From Entomortierella parvispora E1425 (taxonomy: Eukaryota; Fungi; Mortierellomycota), in NCBI GenBank assembly GCA_020891255.1, contig BQFW01000005.1, positions 62,001 through 126,000 on the forward strand: a stretch of DNA of 64,000 nucleotides. Direction: 5' to 3'. The notes beneath the pieces were generated by a model. It was not told the DNA's origin. It was given only the letters and a program-made list of their open reading frames with translations, and ran no database searches. The position numbers and the translations under genes are program-made. This document shows, piece by piece, positions 1-12,000 of this stretch. Each line of letters opens with the position of its first letter. Within the stretch, counting starts at the first letter, position 1.

Positions 1-1244
1 TGTCAGCCCCAGGCTGTTCAGCATCTTGACCACCTTCTAATTAAAAGAAAAGAAAACGAGAGTGAGCATTGGGTCGAATGTTGATCTTACTTGGCACCAT
101 GATGTATCCAGAAGCGAAAAGCAAAAAAAGGTTCCGGGCTACCCTTAGACTCTCGAGATCTCGGAAAACATACCTTGTGGTACTGCCAAAGCTGAGGGTA
201 TAGTTGATGACTGTCCATTCGCTGCCTGCCCACTTGATGCCCTGGCACCTTTTTCCTTGTAGTCAGAATACATCATGGGCTGTGATATTCCAAGATTAGA
301 AAATATCGGTCAGAGGGTGTGCAGAAATGAAGGCGCGAAGGTTTCCAAGTCTCGAGTTGGGCTTTTTCTTCATTTCTCCTTACCGGTACAAGTTGGTTCA
401 ACAATCCTTGAGCCTCTGGCAAGAACTCCTTGAATCCCATAAGAAGGTCTGGCTGATCCTGGAAGAGCGCCATCACTGTCCGTACGAGCTGGTTAATGGA
501 AAGACTAATTGGAGAGGGCGAAATTGCGCGTTTTAGCGTTTCTGTCCAAGAGTTTCATCGTTTTTGTCTACCAAAAGACAACGGAGGAGGGTGTCCCGAG
601 TCAGAAGCTTTACCTCCTGTCGTGATATTTCTCCAAGACCTCCAGAAACTCGGTGTAGACTCTAGGATTGCTTTCATATGCCTTCTTCACGGAGCCCACA
701 TAGTCCACTGCGTTCCTGTAGATGGGCGATTGTGGTGAAGTTCCAGCTCCCCCTGAAAGTGCCGTAGCCTCTGTTGAAAGTCCATTATGTGTTGCTTGTC
801 TATAGGATGGGTATAGAAGATGGTTAGTATAGCCGAGAGACCGAAAGAGAGAGAAGGAAGAGATCCAGGCGACATGACAAGCAGGGTCAAAAAGATTCAT
901 TACTGTTGGTCTTGAGTGCTGTGAGCAAGAGAGACGAGCAGTTCAGCGACGGCCATGCGGGCTTCTGGCTGATGGGACGCGAGATGCAAGTCGTTGGTAT
1001 TAACGTTATTAAGTGTAGTTTGGTGGTGGTTGCTTTGGTTGTGGATGAGATCGAGGTCCATGTTCATGGCTTGCTGGGTGGTAGTCTCAATATTGTTGTC
1101 GGCATTGTCGGTGCTGGCGGTCAGGGCAAGCAGGGCATCGGTGGTGCCGAGAGGCAGAGGAGCAGACGAGAGCGAGTGCGCAAACGAGGCGGCCGAGGCC
1201 GAGTCGTCGTCCTGCTGGGTTTTGTTGTCTCTGTGCGAGAGCAT
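1..1244 (-). CDS. PAH (paired amphipathic helix)-domain protein, Sin3-like; 3' end runs off the window
   Basis: Spliced model from ATG 1244. Removing intron 505-613 (GTAAAG..TTAG) gives NAVDYVGSVKKAYESNPRVYTEFLEVLEKYHDRSLSINQLVRTVMALFQDQPDLLMGFKEFLPE, a complete PAH motif. Further GT-AG introns lie on both sides. Confidence 0.8.
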
Positions 1245-1742
1245 CGGTGGCGAGCGTGTGAGGAGTCAGTAAGGCAGATCCAAGGAGATCGAAGGAGGAA
1301 TGAGGCTTTGGGGGGAATGATTCGACGCGAGAGGGAGAATGAAGAAGATTGAAAGAAAGAAAAAAAAAAAAAAAAGATCGGATTTGACTGATTGATTGAT
1401 TGATTGATCAAAGATGTCAGACAGACAGACGGAGAGACAGACAGACAGGCAGCAAAGGAGAAAAGAACCTGGAGAGAGAAAGGAAAGAAAAGAAAAGAAA
1501 AGAAAAGAACAGGAGGAGAAAAAAATTATTCCCAGAAAGAGAACTGAGAATAAAAATTATCCCTACTCCTCCCTGCACACCACGCGTGTGACGTATCTGT
1601 GGACGGAGGGTGAAAGGGCTGTTCTTCCCATTCTCCAATGGCGAATGCTTTGAACTCTCGTCGACTCCCCTCCTCTCTTTCATCCATCCATTCATCCATC
1701 CCTCTCATCTAGTCAAGTCCCTCATCATCACAACACCCAACC

Positions 1743-2811
1743 ATGCCTGTAGGTGGACAGATACACATGCCTCCTTGATAGACTGACACTGCAGACACAC
1801 CCAGCGTCGCGCGGGGACGACATTCATCGTTTCTGAGACAGCATCCTTTTCGCATGCATGCAAAACGGACAAAGACCCCCGCCACCAAGGACTATATTAC
1901 ATGCACTCAAAGAACAAACCCGACTCATTCGTTCACCTGCTTCTTCCTTCTCTCTAGGCATATCACTCAGCATTTAACGAGCTCTCAGACTTGCGCTCCG
2001 TCGGAGGCATGGCTCTCCTTCCCATCAAGACCCGTGTCCGTGGACCAGCCCCCATTGGTAACCTATCTGCTAGGCTGTTGGCGTTCAGCTGTTACTTATG
2101 ATCAATTAGTCTAGCCCTGGAAGAACGAGAAGAGCGGAGAACAAGAATACATGGGAACAGCACAATGGATACAGGAAACGACACAACGGTTGGGCCGAAG
2201 CAACAAAAAGAAAGAGAGACTGATCTTTTTTTTTTCTTTCTTTGCTCTACCCAACATCCTTTCCATCTCAAACAGCGGATGCAAGCGCCGAGGATATCGT
2301 CGATGAAGCCTTGAACTTGTTCAGAGCCAACGTCTTGTTCAGGAACTTTGAGATCAAGGGCGATGCCGACAGAGTCTTGATCTACTTGATCCTCTTTATC
2401 ACAGAATGTCTCGGCAAGTTGGCAAGGAACCCTTCCCTTAGAGAGGCCGAAAAGGTCCTTGGCACATTGGCCCTCGGAAACTTTGCTATCCCCGGCGATG
2501 CCACCTTCCCCCTCAACGCTCTCTACTCTCCCCCAGCCAGCAAGATGGACGCAGGTAATGCTGCCCAGTCCTCCTATGATTTATTGTCGTGTCGGCAAGA
2601 CTCGTACAATACAATTCCTTCACGCTTGATGAATTTGGATGCTTCTAACGCGATTCTCCCTTGTTGGAAATTAGATCTTTTGCGCCAGTACTTGTCCCAG
2701 TTGCGCCAAGAGATGGCTATCCGTCTCCCCAACCGCATTTACGAGAACGACAAGCCAGGAAAGTGGTGGATGTGTTTCCAAAAGAGAAAGTTCATGAACA
2801 AGACCCTGTAG
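1743..2811 (+). CDS. ARPC3: Arp2/3 complex subunit 3 (p21-Arc/Arc18)
   Basis: Exons 1743-1748, 1958-2057, 2276-2554, 2675-2811 give 173 aa: MPAYHSAF..DIVDEALNLFRANVLFRNFEIKGDADRVLIYL..KWWMCFQKRKFMNKTL. Confidence 0.97.
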
Positions 2812-3097
2812 AAAGAAGATATGATATCACCTTTGGACTGGACAGCAGACAAAACCAACACTACCAATAAACTAAAAATGGGCATACCAACAGAAAGGCG
2901 CTTGACGATGACTCTCAATTTCAGTTTATATACAGAGGAGGTTTCTACGGAATTAACACGGCGACAGCGCTTCAATGATGTCCTTGGTTTTTTGCAGGAT
3001 GAAGTGAAGGGACAAGACCAAGACTCATAAGGGGTATAGTTAGCGGCTACCATGGATCCGAAGAGAGAAGTGGAGAGAGAAAGAGAGCCAATCTTCG

Positions 3098-5035
3098 TTA
3101 AATATTGACGCGCCAACTGTCCTTGTCCGATTCCAGATACCATTGACGCTCAACATCCGTAATGTCTTGATGAAAGGATACATGTCTTTTTTCCTTGTCC
3201 AGGGAACTCGAATCCAAGACTCCTTCGTCACGGTTCTGATTCAATAATGGCGAGCACAGTTCTGACAGAGGCAGTCGACCAAGAGTCTTTGCTCGCGGCG
3301 GCAAAGGCCTCGTCAGTCTAGTCTTTTTGGGCTTGTAAGTTTGTTCCTTCATGCCTTCAGACAGTTTCTTGACCGCCCTCTTTGCTGGTGTGATGGCCAC
3401 TGAGAAGTCCCGCGTACAGAGTTCTTTGGCCGCAGCATCCAACCGCTCGTTCGCCTTTTGCAATCTTCCTGGAGTTGGCCAGTCAAGTTCATCGTTGTCT
3501 ACTTTCACCACCAAGGGAGACTTTGTAACACGCGACACTAGCGGGCTATTTGCAGCCGCGGGAATAGCTCGTCTATAGGTAGCAAGCAATCAGAAGGAGC
3601 TTTGTAAACATCAAAGCTGGCATATCACCTTAGAAAATCGGTCAAAATTAGAAACAAATTCGTTATCTTACTTGAGGAAGGGGCTGTTCGTTTGACGGAG
3701 GGGTGTCCGCGGGGACCGTAGCTCCTGCAAGACGTTGTCCATAGCTGACTTGTTTGGGAGCCATTTGTTGTTGATTGATGGTGGAGGCGGCGGGGGCGAC
3801 GGTGGAGACTTGTGGCGATCAGGCGTCGATGCTGTTTGTTGGACGACAGTCTCTCTAGAAGACACCAAGCCTGCAATCTAGAAAGTGTAATCGAGAAGTG
3901 GCCGTTAGCGATGAACATAGTATATCTCAGGAGTGAAGACTCGCCAGTTAAACCAGGGGAGAGTTCATACCTGGTCCTTTAGAGCTTCAATCTGGCCCAT
4001 CTGTTCCCTGAGTGCTTGAATTCCAAGCACCTGCTGCTTCACATCGGCCAGTTCTTTCAAAACGGCAGCCAGCTTATCTTCTGCCTCCTGTGATGAGGGA
4101 GATGGCAGCGAGGGAGATGGGGGCAACGGTGCCAGTGGCTCAAGGCTCTGGATCGATAAAGCCGAGTTACTAGTTGTCGCCAAAGCTGATGTAGATGTAG
4201 ACTGCAATCCAACGGTGCTATCCTGACTAAGTGTTTCCTCCACTGGCAACTTCTCCCTATACGATAGGTCACGAAGGGATATATTCCTCTGTATGCGGAG
4301 TGTTGGCGACGGCGGTAGCTCTTGGGCCGCAGGGTATAGTGCTACGGATGGACGCATGGGTGAGTAACCCTGTGGATGGTCGGCGGTAGTTGCCGTGTCG
4401 GAATAAGACGTCAAATCCTCTGTCGTAGTCTTGTAGGTAGTAAAAGACGTTTTCAGAGTTTCTCCAAGGACCCTTTTGGCCCCCGACCCCCTCCTTTCTC
4501 CACTGAGGCCAGGTTCCCGAGTCCTTGATATGGACGATTCCCTCGAAAGTTTTCCAGACTTTTTGAGCGGCAGGACAGGCCCATCAATGGTGCTAGACAT
4601 GAAAGTCAGATTTCCAAGCGAAGCCGACTGCCTTTGGAGCGGTTGGCGTCGACGGTGTTGCCGCTGGCTCAGCCGTTGCTGCTGGTTGATGTCTGTCGTC
4701 AAATCGTCTGATGTGGCATCTGTGTCTTCAGATTCTTTCGACTTGGCTTGTCCAAAAGGTAGGCGGTCAAGAAGGGTGTCCAGTTCTTTGGAGGCAAGTT
4801 CCTTTGTATCTTTGAGTAGCTCTTGAGAGAGTTCCTTTGTGTCCCTGAACAAGTTCCATATCGACCCCAGGAAGGTTGCCGTCTCCAAGTCCTGGTCTTC
4901 GTCGGTTTCTGGCTCGGAGGTCTCTTGAGCAGTTGGTTCTTGTGGTAAATTTTGTATATGAGAAGAGGCGGTGTCCACGGGCACTCTGAGGGCCATGGGC
5001 CGCGTGTGCATCGATTGATGGCCTTCCTGCGGCAT
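3098..5035 (-). CDS. Orphan low-complexity protein with coiled coil, poly-Pro, WH2-like segment and RVxF-like motif
   Basis: Long ORF 3965-5254 (first convincing ATG 5035) joins through two GT-AG introns to in-frame exons at about 3670-3880 and 3098-3575. No family recognised. Confidence 0.7.
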
Positions 5036-5337
5036 CCTCGAGGCCCCGCGTAAGAGATTAGATTGGGAGAGATGTAGATTGGCAATGGGATGCACAAATC
5101 GTTTCTGATGTGGGAATGGAGGGAATGGAGAAAGAAATGAGCAAAATGGACAATCAAGAACGTGTTTTATGATATTTGAGTGACTGCCACCTAGGATGTG
5201 TGTGTAGGAGATGGGCGGGGTCTCCTCGAGGACACTTTTTTCTCGCTTCTCCACTTTTCAGCAGTGCGTGGTCAATGGCGGAATCAGAAGTATTGAAGAA
5301 CAAGAAGTAGGACCTTTTTCATTTATTTGACATATCT

Positions 5338-7043
5338 TTACAATTTGGAGCCATTGTCCAAGATCTGAGCGCGGCGATTGTGGATAGCCTTGTTTCGCTC
5401 ACGGATCTCCTCGCCTCTCATCAGCTCAAAGCGGGCCAATTGCTGGATATGAACCTCATCAGGTCCATCTGCGATTCTCAATGTACGGGCACCGGCTGCG
5501 AAGCGAGCCAAGGGGAAGTCTTGACTGACACCTGCAGCGCCATGGGCCTGGATAGCCAAATCAATCGTCTTCTGCAACATGTTGGGGACGAGGACCTTGG
5601 CCATGGCAATGTCGCGCAAAGCGCCCTTAGCATTGAGCTTGTCGATCTTGTCGGCAGCAGCGAGGACCATCAAACGTGCAGCGTTGATCTCAATGCGGAT
5701 CTTGGCAACATCGGCAGCCACAGTTCCGTGACGAGCCAAAATGCGTCCAAAAGTGCGGCGAGAAGGATCAGTGACACGGGCAATCATGGTGTCCAAGGAG
5801 CGCTCAGCCATACCGATGGCACGCATGCTATTACATTAGAACAAGGGACGAGCAGATGTTAGTGTCAAGTTACAATATCGCTGAGGAAACTCGGAGGAAA
5901 TTAAAAAAGCTCACCAGTGGTGGATACGGCCAGGTCCAAGACGTCCCTGAATGACCTCGAAGCCACGTCCCTCGCCAGCAATGATGTTCTCAACGGGGAC
6001 ACGAACATTTGTAAACTTGACCTCGCAATGTCCCTCAGGAGCATCATCGTATCCAAAGACGGTCATGGGTCTCACGACCTCCAGACCGGGGGTATCAGAA
6101 GGGACAATGACAATCGACTGCTGGCGATGCTTGTTCTCGTTCTTGGGGTCAGTCTTACCCATCACCAAGTAAACCTTGCAGCGAGGATCACCGGCGCCAG
6201 AGATCCACCACTTGCGACCGTTGATGATGTAATGGTCGCCAACGCGCTCGATCGAGGTCTCAATGTTGGTAGCGTCCGATGAAGAGACGGCGTACTCGGT
6301 CATGGCAAAGGCGGAGCGGATCTCGCCATTCATCAAGGGAGCAAGGTATTTGGCCTTCTGAGCAGGGGTGCCGTACTTGGCAAACACTTCCATGTTGCCG
6401 GTATCGGGGGCAGAGCAGTTCATGGCCTAATAGGAGGATGTGGGTTAAAAATCAAATATTCTGTGCGACTGAGTAGCTCTTCCACAGAAGCAATTGAGAT
6501 CAATGCAAGAAGTATCTACCTCGGGGGCAATACGAGGGCAGCGACCCGAGATTTCACAGAGGGTGGCGTATTCGAGGTTGGACAAGCCAGGACCTTCCTT
6601 GTAGCCCTTATGCAAGAATAAGTTCCACAGGCCCAAAGACTTTGCCTTGGCCTTCAGTTCCTCCATGATTGGGGGTACGGTCTAAAGAGTAGATCAGGAA
6701 TGAGAACGCGGGAGGTCAGCTCTCTTGGTGATAAAGCTTGTCGCGTTTGGTGGTTTCTCTCTGGTCAATTTGAATAGACATCAGCAATCGCAATCGCAAT
6801 CGATTGTTTACCTTCCAGCGCTGATCGCCGGTGCCAACCTGGCTCTCGTAGATCTCCTCGGCAGGCAAGCAGTCGTTCTAAATAGAAGAGATTGGAATAT
6901 GAAAGTAAGTATCAATGCAATGGTTAGCAAAAGTAGCAAGGTGTGTCTGGCGGTGGTGCAGTCGTCGACAGTACCTCGACAAAGTCGATGAGCTTCTTCT
7001 GCAACTCCTTGCAGCGGGGCGAGACTTCAAAGATGGATGTCAT
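5338..7043 (-). CDS. Acyl-CoA dehydrogenase, ACAD10/ACAD11-type, peroxisomal (C-terminal SKL)
   Basis: Five exons. Motifs [63 protein letters not shown]; ends GSKL-stop. Confidence 0.93.
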
Positions 7044-7669
7044 TTGGGATGAGGATGTCGAATGGAAGGATGAATGTATATGGTATAGAGAGTAGAGTAG
7101 AGAAGAAGAGAAAGGGAAAAGAAGAAGAAAAAAGAATGCAACCTCCAATGAATGAATGAATGCTCCTCTGCCCCACCCCACATGAGACTCGTTTCTCGTC
7201 GGTCCGGACCGTTGCAGAGGTACATCCCCGCCCGATCACTTTTTTATTGTGATTTTTAGTTTGGGTTGGCCCAACCACTGCTGTTGTGCGTTGTGTGGAG
7301 AAGGCTGCACGACCTGAATCTTGTCCCACGGTGGGACACAGCACTTCCTGCCAATCGAGCTCCGGACCGCCTGGTCTCCACCATCCGGCGATCCTAGCTC
7401 CTTTTCTTCGGAATAGAGCGCCTTGTAGTTGTCCCCCCATTCTTGCATTTTCTTTTTTATTTCAATTTGTCCTGTTGGCAGCAAGGAAAACACCCGAAAA
7501 GAAGGCCATCTATGCGACGGTCTCCATTGTGTTTGAGCTTGGTCATTCCGATTTTCGTTTATTATATACAAATGGTTGTCTGTTTAAGGCCCTCATTGCT
7601 GACATGCAAAGAGCGGATGTCTGGAACGGTTTGTTGTTCCCGCTGTGGTATTCCGAAAAGTCGTCTCCT

Positions 7670-8577
7670 TTAAACATCCAGATCCTCATCTCCATCATCT
7701 CGGCCTGTCGACGAGAGTCTCATCTTCTTAGGAGGTCGATCAGAGCTGCTCTTTCCCGGCTTTGGTTGCTTAACCAATCTCCTGCTGTTGGAAGACGAAG
7801 ACCCAGCGGCCGCTGATGTTGACGCAGAGCTGGAAATCGAATTCGACGTCTTTGGGGGTCTCTTATAATTTCCTACAGAAGATGACCTTTTTGACTCATC
7901 CTGCGAAGATTCCTGCTCTGGGTTCTCCTTGATTGCTAGCGCCTAAGCATGACAGGATTAAAAAAAAAAGACTGCAGGTCAGTACCAATATTTCAATATG
8001 GTGGAAAGAAGAGTAGTCCACATGTCGAAAACGTCGAAAACAAAACATGGCAAGACACGGCAACTTTACCTTGGTGAATGTGGTTGAGGACATGGAAAAG
8101 AGACGGTCTGAATCCGAGTACTTGAGTCGGCTTTTCTCAGGTTTGGTGCTAACATAGCCGTCAAAACCGCGGATGATATTGCCTCCATGAAGTGTGTCCT
8201 CCAGGTATGAGCCTTCAAAGGCATAGATGCTGTTCTCCAGTCCCGCCTATTATATGCAAGTAGGTAGATGCAAAAGAGAGATAAACATTAAAAACAGGGT
8301 CCTAGGTCCACAATGAAGAGTGGTTGATGGCCAAACAAGATATCTCAAAGCTCAGACCTATTGTCTGGTCAATGCAGTCTTACCAAGTTTTTGTCGACAA
8401 TCTTCTTGCGGGTCATGAGCTCATTCAGTTCTGCCTTGGCATCAACATATTGCTGGTAGGTTGCCTTTTCGGCCTATGAAAGGAATATTGTACCCCAGTC
8501 AATATTACGTGCTGTGCACAAGAATAGCATGTAATCAGAGGTTGTAGACTATAATGCGGTACCGATGGCTCTGGCAT
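7670..8577 (-). CDS. EAF6: NuA4/NuA3 histone acetyltransferase subunit Eaf6 (MEAF6)
   Basis: Four exons (first is 8563-8577, MPEPS): [57 protein letters not shown], the Eaf6 signature. Missed by the ORF track because the exons are short. Confidence 0.92.
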
Positions 8578-9018
8578 TGTGAAAAGATGGGGGTGTAGAC
8601 GCTGTTGAGTTTGGGCGAGTTGGTTGCTAACGATATCTGTGTTGGTCCGAGTTGAGTTGAGCTGTGGTGCTGTCCCGTGTTGTCCTGTCTGTCCTGTCTG
8701 GTCCTGTTGTGAGGATGGATGGATGTGCATTGTTCTCGAATACAAGGCAGGAAAATGGATCACGTGCTCAGACCCTTTTTTTGATGTCATTGCTGCCTTG
8801 ACCACAGGTCAAGAAGAGAGATTCCAAAACGCGGCCACCGCTGCTTGGCTAGCTAGCCGCCTTCCCTTTTCTCCTCACTGCATCGCTCCCTCAACCGACA
8901 TGCCTGTCCTTCCTCGCTCTCTGGGTCTAGTCTCTTTTGACTACCATCACTACGTCTCCCATGCATCCTTCTTCCTCCTGATCTCCATCTTCAGCGCGAC
9001 TCCTTAAAAACCATACAC

Positions 9019-12000
9019 ATGAGCATGGCCCGCACTGTCCTGCACACTCTCCTCCTGTTCTGGCTGGCCCAGAATATCCAGGCCGCAGAGCCATGCGGCC
9101 ACTGCGGGGCAGAGCCTATCCCAATGCCCGCCCTCATCGAGTTGCATGCACGCGCTACCCCCGATATCGGCGCGAAGCCGCACTTTCGTGCCTCAGACGC
9201 GCAAGGTGCGGTCACTGACAATCTGAACATGGCGGCCATCAGCAAAGGAAGTCTCAGCTCCCATAAACGTCGGTTCGTCAAGACAATGGGCCTTAGGCAC
9301 AAGCCGACCATGGACTGGGGTATGCGAGCTAGAGCGAAGAACCAAGTTCACTGGGACAAGTACTGGTACCAACTTGAGACAGGGAAGCAGTGGGCTATTA
9401 CCAACGCCGATGAACCACCCACATCAAATTTCGAGGATAAAAAGGATGTTGAGATATCATCTTCATCTGAGCCGGGAGTCGACAGCACCACCAATGGTAG
9501 CTTCAGTGGATCGTTCAAGCCGGAGACGACCCCAGACTCGCAAGATGAGGTTGCGACCGACACGGATGATCAATCAGGACCAGAAGGTGCCGATATGAAT
9601 GGGCAGTTTTCACAGGACTCTTCCTCGACAGGGGCGGCCTCGGACGATGATCCAGGGTTCTACTTTTTTCAGCAAATACTGGATCACTTCTCAACTTTGA
9701 AAACCAAACCATCAGAAACGAGTTCGCTAGCCGAAGAGTTTGACTCAAAATCAGGATCAGAAAATCTTCATGGGTCGGCTTCTTGGAGGATCAAGAGTAC
9801 GTTCCGGCAGTATTACCACATCAGCTCCGAATTTTACAAGCCAGGCAAGACTCAGACTGTATTTTTGAATGGGATTGCCATGAGACAGACTATGAACGAT
9901 ACCCTAACACAGGCATTCAAAATACGTTGTCTCTAGGAGGACCAGTTATCCTATGGCTCCCAGGCGAGACTCCGCTGCATTCGCTATTCTTGCGGCGAGG
10001 ACTGGCCTACGAGATGGCAAATGCGACATCTGGACTGCTCGTTGCACTAGAGCACAGATTCTATGGAAAGTCAATACCCCGGTTTCAGGACGCGTTTCCG
10101 TCCGATCCAGCACCGAGTAATAGAACGATGCATAAGCGGGACGAGCAAGATCAGTTCGGAGGCTCTGAGCGGGTCAAGGGCTCAAAGACATACGCCGACG
10201 ATAGCTCAAAAACGCGAGGAGCAGGAGTCATTATAGGTGTAAGTGGTGGAGTCGTTAATTCCGGGAGCGACAAAAACAACAAGCTCCACAACTCGAAGCA
10301 CAGGGGGGGTACACACCATGACTCCTCAGACAAAGAAGGGCTGCCTCTGGACCTGCTCGAATATCTAACTGTGGACCAGGCCATTGAGGATATTATCAGC
10401 TTCATTGACATATTTCCAACACTCCAGCCATTACTCTTCGGATCTCAATCAAACTCTTCCTCTCCCGCTGACGCTGACGCTGCCAACAACTCCACGTCTG
10501 ATTCTGTTACAAGATGGATACTGGCCGGGTGCTCGTACGGAGGGAATCTTGCGGCGTGGACTAGACAGAGATACCCTTCCAAGATCTTTGCAGCGTTTGC
10601 GTCCTCGGCGCCCGTGCGGTCGGCACTGGACTTTTTTGAGTACAGCACCTCTCAAATGGACGTTCTTGGCCCACAATGTTCTCAGGATTTGGCAGCTGCG
10701 CGCGATTTCTTGGATAGTGCCCTTCAGACGACCGACGCCTTCATGGACCAAATGTCGAGTCTGCAGTATGGTACCAATTTTAATATTACATCATTCAACC
10801 CGGTAGAAAACCAAAATCAAACCAATTCGACATCCACACAACCACCTGCGGAAGGACCTACATCAGATAAGCAGAAGCGGTATGAAGCTAAACTAGATGT
10901 CCTATCCTGGTTCAGCCCTGATTTTGCTCACGAGTACTCAGTTGATGGCGAGGAGGTTCATGCAGCTGGGTGGATCTGGTGGACTGTCGCAAGTGCTGTT
11001 CAGTACAATGCAGTGGTCACGCCGCCGACAAGCCTCCCTGTCAAGACTGTCGTTGATGTGTTGTGCGAAACAATGGCTGACCAACGGATACAAAGAGAAA
11101 AGTCATTGGATTCACTGGAGACCGAGGCAAGAAATCTTGTAGCCGGGATCTTTGAAACCAAGGCGCTGGCGTCTTGGTTCAAGGATCAGCAATTTTTTAC
11201 ACCCACCAAAACAGCAGATCTTCAACCTTCGGACATCGACCCCAACTCTGTCCAAAATTTGGCTAGCATGGCTTGGCTTTGGCAAACATGCAGTGAGCTA
11301 GGATACCTGCAGACATCTCGGCCTTCGACCTGCTGCTGCAGCCAGCAGTCATCAGGCTCCCAAATGACAAGCATGGAGGTGGAGAACGACGACATGCACA
11401 CTGAGAATGAAGCATCCTCAGCTATAGCAGTGGACAGGGAGATTGTCTCGTTGGCATCGAAGGGTATCTGTTCACTGCGCGATTGGATCTTCAGGTCATT
11501 TCGAGTGCCGTCACCTTTCGTCGAGGAAGTTACGACACCTCCAATGTCTGCAGCCTTCGCTCCACCATGTTTACCATGTCAGTGTTACTCCCAAGGAGCA
11601 CAGCGAAAGGACAGTGTGTTTTCAAGATTACTTACATTGGAGGCAGCTTGGGAGGAGTGTCAATTCTACTTTGCAAAAACGGAGGGCCAGAATCAGAGTG
11701 TGGACAAGCTGCGTACCTTGATGAGAAAATCTCCTCTTTTGAAGAGCTATCCGGATGTTGAACACAATGTCAACAACAAATTTCGAGGATGGGAAATTGC
11801 CGAGGATGATGAGGACGAGACATTACCAGTAGCCTCTAGCGATCATGTACAAGCAATGAGTCAAAATCAAGGAGCAACATGTCGGGGTAGCTCATTGTTA
11901 TCCAAGGACGACGGTTTGGACGGGATTTCAGTTGTTCACGAAATGCAGAAAGTCGACACTAGTACTTTATATCCGTCATCACAGCTACAGTCCGTCGTGG

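Noticed and set aside
2812-3030. 72 open codons in frame after the ARPC3 TAG (possible readthrough extension)
   Set aside because: Stop context TAG-A is not a leaky one, the extension has no targeting motif, and it overlaps the convergent gene's 3' region.
7236-7816. ORFs of 111-176 aa between ACAD and EAF6
   Set aside because: They overlap the ACAD promoter and the EAF6 last exon/3' UTR; no recognisable motifs or splice support.
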